The translations under genes were made by a program, and so were the position numbers. A stretch of 64,000 nucleotides of DNA from Balanoglossus misakiensis. Lineage: Eukaryota > Animalia > Hemichordata. Within the stretch, counting starts at the first letter, position 1. Each line of letters starts with the position of its first letter. The stretch is from positions 12,054,153 through 12,118,152 of the forward strand of contig CM082587.2 of assembly GCA_040954595.2 (NCBI GenBank), written 5' to 3'. The notes beneath the pieces are model-generated. The model did not search any database and had not been told where the DNA came from. It saw only the letters and a list, made by a program, of their open reading frames with translations. Positions 1 to 12,465 of this stretch are shown piece after piece.

Positions 1-105
1 TTCTCATCCACATATAAAAATGAGATAACTACAGAGCCTTATATTATAATCCTAAATTTTAAAATTTAGGAGAACATTTACTATAGTTCTAAGCAGGAAA
101 GTTAA

Positions 106-450
106 AGGATAAAGTCTCTCTTTGCTACCCTTTTCCCAATAATTATGTTTGATACAAGACACCGTTTATGTTAATGTATATGTGGATATATAGTGAACCA
201 ACGTTCAAAAACACACAACTTCCATCCCGCTTGTAGACATGAGAGTGAAAAACTCGCCAAAATGAATAATCAGTGTCTACCATTTATTCATTTTGGGTGA
301 GCTTTCACTCTCATATCATACAAGTGGTATGGAATTTGTGTGTTGTTGAATGTACATTCACTACATATACAAATGTTCATTAACATAAACAGTGTGTTGT
401 ATCAAACCTAATTAATGGGAAAAGGGCAGGGAGAGAGAGACTTTGTCCGT
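106..450. mobile_element. TTAA-flanked MITE, Kolobok-like
   Basis: Long imperfect TIRs (AGGATAAAGTCTCTC... / ...GAGAGACTTTGTCCGT) with TTAA on both sides. Related copies lie at ~12,666-13,020 and ~40,935-41,465. Confidence 0.7.
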
Positions 451-1215
451 TTAACTTCCTAGGCTGAGAATGCTGAAATACTTGAATAGACGCAGACATG
501 GTCAATTGTCAATAGTCTCCTCAGTAAAAGCCCAGAAAATGTTACCACAGGCAGTTCAACATTAAGAGTATACAGTTGGTGTTTGAATCAAGGGTGCTAT
601 TCTTTTGAACTTTATGCAAATGTGCAATTCAGATCATTGACTCAGAACAGCAGCTCACATTGTAAAATATTGGAAAATGCTTCACAAATCATCATTGATA
701 ATCATGATCACACCGAAAAAAAGATTAGATAGCACAATTTTATTCCTACACTTTACATGGGGTGTAGTTGCAGTGCAGTGTACAGACTAAAACTGCAATG
801 GAATTCTCTGCAATTCTTACTCTCAATCTTGCCTTACTTTATGAATATTTGTATACTAGTATGATTGTCATAATGGCAACAGAAAAAATGTCCCTCTCAT
901 TATCAAAAGGCCCTTAAAGTGGAGACCACCGGCAAAAATGACCTCAAATCTCTGATCCTAGATTCACCACAGCACAAACACACATTGTGTCCGCTGTGGA
1001 AAAATCATATTGACAGGCTAAAAATATTGTGTATGGAGACATTTACATAACCAAAACAAAAAAGTCCCACTATTTATACAAAGTATGTTATCAGTGACCA
1101 GATGTGTTTGCCAACCTTTATATGCCAAGGTTCAGAAGCGCAGTTTCTGAGATCTAGGTGAACAAAAAATTAAAATGACTCAAGAAAAAAGAAAAAAAAA
1201 CTCCAGTAATTACAG

Positions 1216-1251
1216 TAGGGACCCAAGCGCCCTTAGGCGCTTGGGTCCCTA
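1216..1251 (+). repeat. Terminal hairpin of a Helentron-like non-autonomous element
   Basis: TAGGGACCCAAGCGCC-ctta-GGCGCTTGGGTCCCTA. Same style as the hairpins at ~48,966-49,000 and ~49,027-49,062. Confidence 0.55.
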
Positions 1252-1254
1252 ATT

Positions 1255-2000
1255 AAGACCCAAAACACCAAAAATTGCCCTAAGAACACAAATTTCACCA
1301 ACACTTTTCATTACCTACTTGAGTTCCCACATGATAATTCCCACAAAATGTCACAGCAATATTGCTTCAAAAGTGGTAAAAACACAAGAATGCAAATATC
1401 ACCAGAATTGTACAATGTCTTACTTCAATCACCATAAGGAATGTGCCTACAAAAATACAAAGCAATCTGACAAACGGTTTCATAGAAAACAATTTTTTTG
1501 CGCAAAATCCCCCAAAATTGCCCCAAGAACACGAATATGGAAATTTCACCAACAAGGTATGTACGACAGCTTACTTGGGTTATCCCTAGGAACATGCCTA
1601 CCAAAATCCTAATGATTCTGGACAAGAGGTTTCAGAGAAATGATTTTTTACAAAAAATCATAAAAATTACCCAAAAATTACAAATATGCAAATTATGCAA
1701 CAAACTGGAAAAAATGACTTAGATTACCTATTGGAAGCTTCATAATAAATTTTAAAGCAATCAACGCATGATTGTTTACAGTCTATAATATAAAAAAAAG
1801 ACTAAAATCTTCATAAAAATAGAAAATTCATGATATTAACTAAAATTTTGAGGACTGTATGAGGTTCAGTGGTTGACATAAGGTACATTCATACCAATTT
1901 TCAAAGCAATTTGCCCAATAGTTGTTGAGTTTCGGAGTTTTGACCAATTTCACATTTTCAAGCTAATTTGCATATTTTTGAGAATGACAACTTCGTTTAT
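1255..2000 (+). repeat. Interspersed A-rich repeat, same family as 32,831-33,900
   Basis: Shared motifs such as CAAAGCAATC, TACTTCAAYCAC and GAACATGCCTACCAAA. Confidence 0.55.
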
Positions 2001-3266
2001 ATCAAGGTGATATGCCAAGTGGTTTCCAAGTTTTTTTATTTGGATTGACATACATACCATGGGACCTAAACACAACGTTTCAGTCAACTTTATGAGCGTT
2101 GCTACTCTAGTGAAATTCAAGTTGTAATTGCTCGGATAGAAATTTGTCTAGTCATGCTTTATATGGATAGTTTTGGTTTGCTATGGAACTACTGACTATT
2201 TAGCTTGTTGTATGAATACGACTATGAGTAAACATTCATACAAACTCGTTATTATGATATAAAAAGCCTAAAAATGCATCTGAAACCCAATTTTTCGCTT
2301 ACTATGAATATGTGTAATAAAATTGAATCCTTCGTCAATGCTGGCCGGGGTCACAAATTATGTCACGGCATGTTTTTTCGTAAACACGATATTAAATTTA
2401 ATTAAATAGGACCTAATGTACTCACTGAAACGTTCAAGTCGACCAACGATATTCCATGCACACTGTGTAACATCTTCAGAGGGACTCCAGCATAACATTT
2501 GGATTCAAACGCGCACACAAATCATAATATACTATTCTTCGCGTTCAGTGACGGCATCCATCCCGAATATTCTCGTCAGAGAGATAAAGTCCGCCATGAC
2601 ACCTTGTGACGCAATCGTGTAAAATTCCATTACGTTGGACAACTTCCACTGCCTGCGCTAGAAATACACAAGAAACTTGAACTGTTCATGATAAAACTTG
2701 CACCTGGACCTCTGGCGAATACTTGGAAGCAGTATTTCAGGAATAATATTCCATTTTGAGGGCTTCGCGATCCATTCAATCCGACCGATGGAAGTCAGAG
2801 ATTCAAATCGCCCCGCCATGACACCACGACTATACAGCGCCCCCAAGGCCATGTTTTGTTTTTTTTTGTCAGCTGGCTCCAAGTACGAGTGTTCATTGCA
2901 AGCCGTGTAATATATAAGGCCAGATGGCCCAGACTGCTATGAAAGTTTCCCCGGGCAGTGTATCTAATACAGCGGATGTTATATAGCGATTCCCTTTCGC
3001 TACAGTCACGGTGACGAGCAAAGCCATCCTTTCCTTTTAGCCTATAGCGCAGTCAGCGTGGGAATGGGCGGGGGAACAGACCAGTACTGGAAAGTAAAAC
3101 TGTAAAAGTAAAACGTCTTTTCATATTTTAATAGACGAACTCTGCAAAAGTTTTATTCCCAAACATGAATTTTGAGATATTTAAAACTTGTATTTGATAG
3201 CAATTTAGGCCTACACTGGCCTACAGAATCAACATTTTTTCACACCGAGTAGGCTCGGATGCGTAA

Positions 3267-3893
3267 GGGAGCATTCGTTTTTTACAGGGAGGGGGGGGGC
3301 GGTGGAAATCAGGGAGGAGGGTTTACTTTTACAAAGCAGTTTTTAGGGGGGGGACAAATTTTATAATCAAGGGATTATTATATAGGGACTGAAAGGGGGG
3401 GACTTGACTGAAACTTTGACGGCTAAATATTTATTTTGAGTCCACAAAAATGCAGTTTCACGCCCTTTATTTTACAAAATTTTGTAATGTGGGAGGGGGA
3501 CACCCCCTCCCAAACCCACCCCTTCAATTCTCGGTTTACAATGTCTCCCAACACAGAATACAAATACTTAAAAAATAAAAACAGTGTTCAGTTTTGATGA
3601 TGAGGGGAAACATCGGTTTCAAATTCTTTTCATGGGAGCGCTGTTTTTCTTTTTTACAAGATATAGAGGTGATGTGTTTTGCTCTGTGAAAGAAACTGGG
3701 GGGGGGTATTTCAAGTTTAATCCGGAGGATAAACTCTTTTTTTTGGGGGGGTCACATTTTACAATTGAAGAATTTAGGGGGGGGGGACACATTTTAGAAA
3801 AGTAATTTCGAGGGGGGGGGTTGCCTTTTACATTTAGTCGGCGACTCAAATTCCACCGCCCCCCCCCCCTCCCTGTAAAAAACGAATGCTCCC
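3267..3893. mobile_element. PIF/Harbinger-type MITE
   Basis: TIRs GGGAGCATTCGTTTTTTACAGGGAGGGG / CCCCTCCCTGTAAAAAACGAATGCTCCC with TAA on both sides (3-bp TSD). Confidence 0.8.
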
Positions 3894-5968
3894 TAACATT
3901 ATGTACCGATCATGCCGATTTTGGAGAGAAAATTGTCCCCAAATGGCAAATATTTCCCTCAGCCCATAATTGGTGGGATAAATTCGTAGAGTCTGGTCGG
4001 AATGTCGGTTGATGAAGAGACGGGAACACGAGTAGAGTAGATTTAAACGCCAATGATAGGCCTATGACTTTATTTCAAAAAGGATCAACCGTGGATATAC
4101 TGGACAAGGCCTGTAGTCCAGGCTGGACCCCACTCTGGAACGAACTCTTTTATTAGTGTAGAACAGGGTGTAGAATGAACTGAAATGTGTTGGAACCCCC
4201 TGACTTTAGGAGCTGAAATCCACTCCTTTGTATACGCTGTAAAAGACAATAAATTTTCGCGAAATACGCGCAAGCCAAAATAGCGTGAAAATAAAAAGTC
4301 GCGTAATTTTTTTGAAGATGACGATGCAGTGAATGAAATAAGAGAACGCGAATATTAAAACTCGGGAATTAAAACAGTGGCCTCTCACGATATCGCGAAA
4401 ATTTCAACTTGCGAAAATAAAGTGTTTAGGCCTAACAGTAGTCATGGTAGCCTGAGGTTCTCCCATCCCATTTCCTGTTATATTCTGCAATAATTCGGCA
4501 TATCAACTCAACTCTAATGTACCAATTTACACAAAGCGTTACATAATAGAGTCAGTTTGTTGATTTTTTTTATTTCTTTTCGTTAAAATTCAGCAATTGC
4601 AGGTTATTAGTTACAATTACTTCATGAAATCTAGAATGGTGCGACCTTTATTATCGACCTATTTCGCTCTCATCTGTGTTTTCAAAGATCTTTGAAATTG
4701 TCTCTTGTTTACTCAAGTTTCTTGTATACCTCAGATAACAAGTTTGGTTACCCAGACCCCTCTGCTTCTTCCGCTGCGCTCCCAAAAAAGAGTGCAGCGG
4801 AAGAAGCAGACCCACCCGCTTCTTCCGTTGGACACTCCAGAAAGAGGGATTGTCCCGCAGAATATACCCCACGAGGACGCTGTTGCTGACCTTCGACCCG
4901 TAGACTTTGACCCCTTACAGCGTCTTCGTTGTAAACACATTTGAGATGCAGGCTAGCGAATCTGCCAGTTCGTTTTAATGGCACATTTTTTCTGTCGTCA
5001 ACTCCAATGTCGCCTTTTCTATGGACGTTACTTGGCCAGTGTTCGTTACACATCCAGGACAGTGTCAATATTTCTGTGAAAGAATAGCGGAAAACATGCG
5101 AAGCCAAGGAGCGAGCAACCAGCTGTTTTCTGCAAGTCATGCCCCCCACACTGTCCACCATCATTATTCCTATATACATATTTGGCGCAGTGAGTATTGA
5201 AACATTACAGTATTTAGTGTGTTTTAAGATATCACAGATAGTTTTCACGACTTAATGTGTGGGTAGAATCACATTCGTCGAAATAACGCTGCTGCAGTCC
5301 CCTGATTCAGTCCGTAAACAAGGTAAGCTTGAGACATAGACGATCGACAATCAGTTTCCGCTGTTGATTTCGCCCTATCGCAACTCAGTAACTGGGGCCG
5401 AGTGATGCTCCATACATTAAAGTTCATGACTACTGACACCAATTGCAAAATATCAATGTTAAGGCGTGCTTTCAGAGAATATTCAACCAGAAAACCGACA
5501 ACAATTGATGACCTCATGTGACCTTTACTGGTTGAATCAGGCGACCACTGCAGTGTGATTCCAACGTTTATGGGAAGACCACAGGGAGCTCTTCCTCCTA
5601 GAAAACGGCGTTTTCTAGGCGTTTTCTTCCGTGCTAGAAAACGGCGATCGGTGCACGAGTTTTGGTCTACAGACAGAATTTTCTAGTCACTACGCAGTTG
5701 GGATAATCGCCAGCATTGCCTATGGCAATGCTAGTGAGCTGTGGTACTATGGTGTGGAGGCATCGCCGGTATCGGTAAAGGCCTAGTTACACCATAAGGA
5801 GCTGTTAACATTAAGCACTAAAGTCCCTCTTTCTTGAGGAACTTTGCATTAACGCTGTTCTGATATACTTTTTTCTACAATTAACATTACTTGCTGAACA
5901 ATCTCTGTACTTGTTTATGTTTCTGTGTTACCCCACACCATAGACGTAAACAGAGATACATAGACAGT

Positions 5969-6631
5969 AGGGCTGCATTCACAAACACCTCTGCAGGGGG
6001 GGGGGGGAGAATTGAGTGGGGGATTTGAAAAAAAATTGAGGGTATGTAAGGGGGGAATTTGAAATAATTTAGGGACTGAAAGGGGCGACTTGAAAACTTT
6101 GACGACTAAATATTTATTTTGAGTCCACAAAAATACAGTTTTGCGCCCTTTATTTTACAAAATTTTCTAATACCCACCCCCTCCATTCATCAACACCTTT
6201 CAATCATTGACTGGTTTAGCTAGTGTCCCAGGTCAGGGGTCTTGCCCCCACCCAATGATAACTTTGAGCGGCGACAGTTAAATTTGTCCTCCCCAACATA
6301 CCGGTAGTTGAGTTAATTTGCTTTTGCCAGGTTCATTAAAATGCAGCTTTGAGCTCTGTATTTTATAAAATCCCCTTCAATTCTCGGTTTTTCAATGTCT
6401 CCCAGCACAGAATACAAATACTTAAAAAATAAAAACAAGTTTTTCTTTTTTACAAGATAGATAGGTGATGTGTTTGGACACAATGGGGGAATTTCAAATT
6501 TTTGGCAGTTCGGAAGGGGGGATTTGAAAATATTTCTCGTTGTGTACGGTGGGCATGTGAAATTTAGCGGTAAAAAAATTGAATTCTCTTGCCCCACCCC
6601 CCCTCCAGAGGTAAATCTAGAATGCAAGCTA
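5969..6631. mobile_element. G-run-rich MITE related to 3,267-3,893
   Basis: Imperfect TIRs GGGCTGCATTCACAAACACCTCTG / CAGAGGTAAATCTAGAATGCAAGC. Internal blocks (GGGACTGAAAGGGG..., CACAGAATACAAATACTTAAAAAAT) are shared with the 3,267 element. Confidence 0.65.
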
Positions 6632-6867
6632 TCAAATTTCCAATAAATATGGTTATGTAGAGAGAGACTTTGTCCTTTTAATTCAAATTTATTTACACAA
6701 AACTTGAGTTTACAAGGAAATATTAAGGAATACTTTATTTGTCGTTTCCCAGGGTCTGGCCCTACAGCTATTTCTTAGTTCGGGAAATAACAAATTAACA
6801 CAATTTTCGTATTTTCAGATGTCAAAATTTATTCAATCTAGGTGAACTGGCAACGCGGGGCAACAGC

Positions 6868-6940
6868 TAGCTCTGCGTACAGGTCTGTGTGTTCCCGGCG
6901 TTACACGGCCTCCACGCCAAGAACACTGTACGCAGAGCTA
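6868..6940. mobile_element. 73-bp TAG...CTA mini-MITE (Academ-like ends)
   Basis: 15-bp TIR TAGCTCTGCGTACAG / CTGTACGCAGAGCTA. The 9-bp flanks match at 6 of 9 positions, consistent with a decayed TSD. Confidence 0.55.
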
Positions 6941-7195
6941 GGCTATACCATAGCAAGGCTGGCGATTACACCAACTGGTAGTGGTTTTGAGTGGTTTGAC
7001 TAGAAAATTCTGTCTGTAGACCAAAACTCGTGCACCGATCGTCGTTTTCGAGCACACTGCATTTATATTAGACAGCAAATCGCCCCAAAACGTCTCACAA
7101 CTTGTACAACGGCCCCTTTTTGAACTTTATGCAGCGAGAAAGACATGCTCAGCCGCCGCCATCTTGATTTACGCGGAAAGGATTCTAAGGGCAAT

Positions 7196-7355
7196 ATTAA
7201 TTCGACACAACGTAAAATAATTCGACACAACACGTGAAATTAATTTGACCAAACAGGTGATATTAATTCGACACTACACGTGAAATTAATTCGACACAAC
7301 ACGTAAAATTAATTCGACACTACACCTGTAATTAATTCGATTGTACACGTAAAAA
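7196..7355. repeat. Minisatellite, ~23-bp unit, about 7 copies
   Basis: Head-to-tail variants of ATTAATTCGACACAACACGTGAA with no spacers. Confidence 0.85.
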
Positions 7356-7691
7356 TTATTTGAGATATTGTTGGCAAAATTATTTCTAACAAAGATAAGC
7401 TAAAATAATTATTTAGAACACATAAAATGATTTCTGCATGACTACAAAAGATAATTAAAGCACATAAAAAATAATTCTACATACTGGTAAAATTAATTCC
7501 AGGCTTTATAAAATTAATTCTAACATGTTTTAGTAATAAACTACAATTTTGACCAGAACAGCCCCCATAGATACCGGTAGTACATGTTACTTTGGGTGTT
7601 TTTCTCAATGTTTATAATGTGTTTTCATTGCCTGTTCTACTTGTGTCTGAACATATTTCAAGCTTCATTAGCTGTACAACTTTTCACTTTG

Positions 7692-10666
7692 TTGGGGGCA
7701 CAAGCGCCCTCAGGCCATCTTGGATTTTCTGAAAAAATGCAAATCTCAGATCTCAGAAACTACAAGTCAGATCGACTTCAAATTTGGCGTGCAGGTAGAC
7801 TACCTTCTGCCCATCATTTTTGTAATCGGAAATTATGCTGTCAATGTTGCAGTTTTTTTGCCACAATTTTTTTTCTTAAATCTGGTCAAAATTTCAAAAA
7901 TCTTCTTCTCCAGAACCGGTGATAACCGAGACACGGGGTTTGGTGTATGTGGTCACCTAAATGATGTCTATCAAGTTTGCGAAGATCATTGTGATTGGTC
8001 GAAGATTATGGCGGCCATATTGGATTTTCGAAAAACCATAGTAAAACTCAAAAAATCTTCTTCTCCAGAACGGGCGATAACTGAGTCGCAAGATTCGGGG
8101 AGTTTGGTCACTTCACTGATGTCTATCAAGTTTGCAAAGAGCATTGTGATTGGTCGAAGATTATGGCGGCCATATTGGATTATGTAAAAAGCAGTGAAAA
8201 ATTGAAATTCCTTTTCCTAGTGTAAAAATTGATAGCATACAAACTCTTTTTATGGATATCAATCGTCATGTGACTAAATTATGTTACAATTTTTTGGCGA
8301 TTTTTCACATGACCTTTGACCTACTTTTCACACGTTATTATTTCTGCATATCTATTTCCAGGCTAACCTATAGGGCTAGACGTTTGGTTTTTGATGCATG
8401 TGGATTAGTGTGTGATCAAAATATTTTGCTACTTTTCATGACCCCTTTGACCTCTGCTGACCTCATTAATTATGCACATAGCTAATTACAGGCGAACCAA
8501 TAGAGCTAGAGATTTGGTTTTTGTTGGACATGGACCACTATGGGAACAAAATTTTTTGCCCAAATGTTGGGTGACCTCTGGTCACCTTTGACCTACTTTC
8601 GCATATCTCAGCATCCAGAGCAGATACAGCCTTGGCATTTGGCAGGATGGGGCCAAAATGTACAGCCACATTTTTGGGTCACCTGTGACACCTGCTGACC
8701 TCATTAAATATGCACATACCTAATTACAGGCGAACCAATAGAGCTAGAGTTTTAGTTTTTGTTTGACATGGACCAGTATGGGTCAAAAAATTTTGCCCAA
8801 ATGTTTGGTGACCTCAGGTGACCTTAGACCCACTTTCGCATATCTCAGCATCCAGAGCAGATACAGCCTTGGCATTTGGCAGGATGGGGCAAAAATGTAC
8901 AGCCACATTTTTGGGTCACCTGTGACACCTGCTGACCTCATTAAATATGCACATACCTAATTACAGGCGAACCAATAGAGCTAGAGTTTTAGTTTTTGTT
9001 TGACATGGACCAGTATGGGTCAACAAATTTTGCCCAAATGTTTGGTGATCTCAGGTGACCTTTGACCCACTTTCGCATATCTCAGCATCCAGAGCAGATA
9101 CAGCCTTGGCATTTGGCAGGATGGGACCAAAATGTAAAGCCAAATTTTTGGGTCACCTGTGACACCTGCTGACCTCATTAAATATGCACATACCTAATTA
9201 CAGGCGAACCAATAGAGCTAGAGTTTTGGTTTTTGTTGGACATGGACCAGTATGGGTCAAAAAAATTGCCCAAATGTTGGGTGACCTCAGGTGACCTTTG
9301 ACCTACTTCACCCTATTTCAGCAGCAAAAATACACACATCCTTGTTATGTCATGAGATAATACATCCAATAGAAAATTCTGTTTCTTCTCATTGATACTG
9401 TGCATATATAATTCAAGATCAGCGCTTGGGCCCGACAATGCTGCTTGCAGCTTTAATTCTTTATTATTATTCTTCTTCTGCAAATAATCGGCCAGGTAGA
9501 TCTGGAAAACCGCAGCACCTAGGGGGCTGAAACTTGGTAGGGTGGTAGGGGCCAATGAGTAGACGTGCAGTGGCTCGTGAATATTTAATTAGTCACGTGA
9601 CCTGGCGGCCATATTGGATTTCCTGAAAATCATTAAATGAGTCCTTCTTAAAAACCACTGGGCCGATCGAGTTCAAATTTGGTGTGCAGGTAGCCTACCT
9701 TATGTCCATCATTTTACCCCATAAAATCATGACGTCATACATAAAGGTTTTTTGCTACAATTGTTTTTCTGAAAAACTACTTATAACTTTAAAAATCTTC
9801 TTCTCCAGAACCAGCGGTTACCGAGTCTCGGGATTTGGGATATGTGGTCACCTAACCTATGTCTATCAAGTTTGCGAAGCGCAATGTGATTGGTCGATCA
9901 TTATGGCGGCCATGTTGGATTTTCGGAAAACCATTGAAAAGTGATAATTCCGTTTTGTAGCCAAAATGTTGACAGCATGGAAATTCTTTTTTTGGATATG
10001 AGTCATCATATGACCGGAAGTTGTCACAATTTTTCGGGGCAATTTTCACATGACCTTTGACCCAGTTTTAAAACAAATAATTATATATGCATATTCCCCA
10101 TACCTCCTCTTGTCAAAGCACCACAGTCATGAATTTTGTGGACATGGGTACCAATGCTGCCAGAACATGACACAAATATTTTGGTAATTTTGACAATGAC
10201 CTTTGACCTATTTCTGAAACATCATTTTTATGCATATCTAATTCCATGCTACCCAATAGGGCTAGAGGTCTGGTATTGGTTGGACATGGCCCACTCTGGG
10301 ATCAAAATTTTATGCCCTAATTTTGGGTGACCTTGGGTGACCTTTGATCTACTTTCCCATATCTCAGCATCCAGAGCAGTTAGAGCCCTGGCTTTTATGG
10401 GGATTGAGCACATAATGGAGTCTTACACAAGACCTCATTAATTATATGCATATCTAATTGCAGGCGAACCAATAGGGCTAGGGGTCTGGTTTTTTGTTGG
10501 ATCTAGACTAGTATGGGGTCCAATTTTTTTTGGCCAAATTTGGGGTGACCTCAGGTGACCTTTGACCTACTTTCCCATATATTGGTATCCCCAGCAGATA
10601 CAGCCGTGGCATTTGCTGGTCACCACGGGAACCGCTTGTGCCCCGCCAACGCTGCTTGCAGCTTTA
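7692..10666 (-). mobile_element. Nested pair of Helentron-like non-autonomous elements
   Basis: Reverse-complement homologue of 46,297-49,065. It has two GCTGCTTGCAGCTTTA ends (at ~9,455 and ~10,666), a half-hairpin at 7,692, and a ~237-bp internal tandem repeat at ~8,459-9,300. Confidence 0.7.
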
Positions 10667-11956
10667 ATTTTCAATATTTTTGTTTTAAGTATTTACGGCA
10701 GTGTCTTCTTCAGATCCCTGAATCATGATGAAATATAGGTGTGTCTAGTCAGTATTGTTATTCTAAATTTGAATTCAAGTCTGGACTAGAATTCATTTAA
10801 ATAGCCGTTACACACATACAGATTATGTTGACAAGTGGAGTTCTGGGTAGAGCATATGTTACAGTTAATGTCCCTTTAAATATCACATGCATACATGTGT
10901 CTAGTTTTGTACATGCAACTCATATGTATGTCATATTTATTGATTGACTGTCAAATATCCTCCTGTTGTTTGATTAAATGTAAATATTGTATGTTGTAGA
11001 AAGCACAATTCTCCTAGTTCCATAGATATCAGTGCTCATTTTAAAGCTGAAAGTGACATTTTCAACACTAAATGCAAGGAAATGTAACTAAATATTTTAA
11101 TTTTGCAGTCAAAATGCAACACAGTCAGCTCCGAACTGCATTTAAAATCCAAACACATGGTGTTATATTCTTGGTAATAAGCAAAGATCTGTATCCTATC
11201 CACAAAGTATATATCATACACACAGTATTATCTTAATGCAGTTTATGAAATTGCTAGAAACATTGTAATATTTGGATGATATTTAAAGAAAAGTAATTAT
11301 ATTTATATTAACAGTATGTAAAAGTTACGAAGATTTAGCGTTGAATGATGATGTGATGTCTGTAAGAGCTGTTCCAATACATGGTGAGTGAATTTCAAAA
11401 ACCTTTTGTTCAATCAACCTTTCTACTGTCCTGTGATTCCAAAAGTAATTGAAATATCATTACACATGTATCTGTATATAGTGCAGACTGTAAATAGAGC
11501 ACACTCTGGAAAAGAGTTATGTAATTAATATCTCTATCATGTGAGTGACATCATTTTAAGGGCCACTGACCACCCCACCCATGACAATTTGCTAGGGGGT
11601 GCCAACATCTCAACAGGGGGTGAATCCTTCCAGGCCATGTCTGGGTGATTGATTGATTGATTCATTCATCCATTAAGTCAGTCAGTCAGTCAGTCAGTCA
11701 TATTAATTAATTCATTAATAATAAACGATATAGCTAGCCAAATGTTATAGGAATGGGCTAACACCCTTGTCATATAAACTTTGGCGAAGCGATCCAAAGC
11801 TCAGCTAAGGTAGATGGGGGGGGGGACCTGAATCACATGCCCCATCATAATGAAAGCTACCAACCCTCTTAGAATGATACTACGGCCTATACGTTGATCA
11901 CCTGATCGCATCACCCTGTCACACTTGGCAATGGGTTACTGTTCATGTATGATAAA

Positions 11957-12068
11957 GGGGTTATTACACTAAGTTTGGTCGATAACGTGATGCATCCTCG
12001 TGATGTCCATAATACGGACATCACTCAAATATGATGCGTTATCGGCAAAACTTAGTGTAATAACCCTT
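11957..12068. repeat. Long imperfect hairpin (end of a hairpin-type element)
   Basis: GGGTTATTACACTAAGTTT ... AAACTTAGTGTAATAACCC, with paired inner arms. Confidence 0.6.
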
Positions 12069-12117
12069 AAGTAACACCCTCTTATTTTAAAGAACACTCA
12101 TTATGGAAGCCCATTAA

Positions 12118-12202
12118 CCCTTTCACAACCAAGGTTCAGTCTAAACCCATTGTTATCTATGAAAAGGTTCAACCTGTATAGAAGGAACTGGGGGTGAAAG
12201 GG
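12118..12202. mobile_element. piggyBac-type mini-MITE
   Basis: TTAA-CCCTTTCAC ... GTGAAAGGG-TTAA. Confidence 0.7.
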
Positions 12203-12366
12203 TTAAAGGGACATTGTCTCAGTTTTGTCCTTTGACTCACTGGCTTTTATTAGAGGTTCCTACCTTTAAATGTTTCATAAAATGTTTAACAAAATCTGTC
12301 TACAATCGGAGTAGACATTGTTTACATACACCTTTTGTTAAATAATTGTACTGTGTTGTATTTCAG

Positions 12367-12465
12367 ATTTTTGTCAGGAGCAGGTGAGAAATACAGTATG
12401 ATTTCTGAAGGTCTGAGTACTGCATTGCAGTTATTTGACGATATGAAGAGTTTACGATATTCAAG
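12367..12465 (+). pseudogene. MED25: MED25 VWA-domain exon, copy A
   Basis: 99-bp AG/GT exon encoding [30 protein letters not shown], matching the MED25 motif [28 protein letters not shown]. Confidence 0.85.

Noticed and set aside
7196-7355. CRISPR-like periodic repeat
   Set aside because: The units abut without unique spacers and the context is eukaryotic, so it is a minisatellite.
7584-10330. Multiple 60-155 aa ORFs
   Set aside because: They lie within a non-coding repeat that recurs inverted at 46-49 kb, and they contain no domain motifs.
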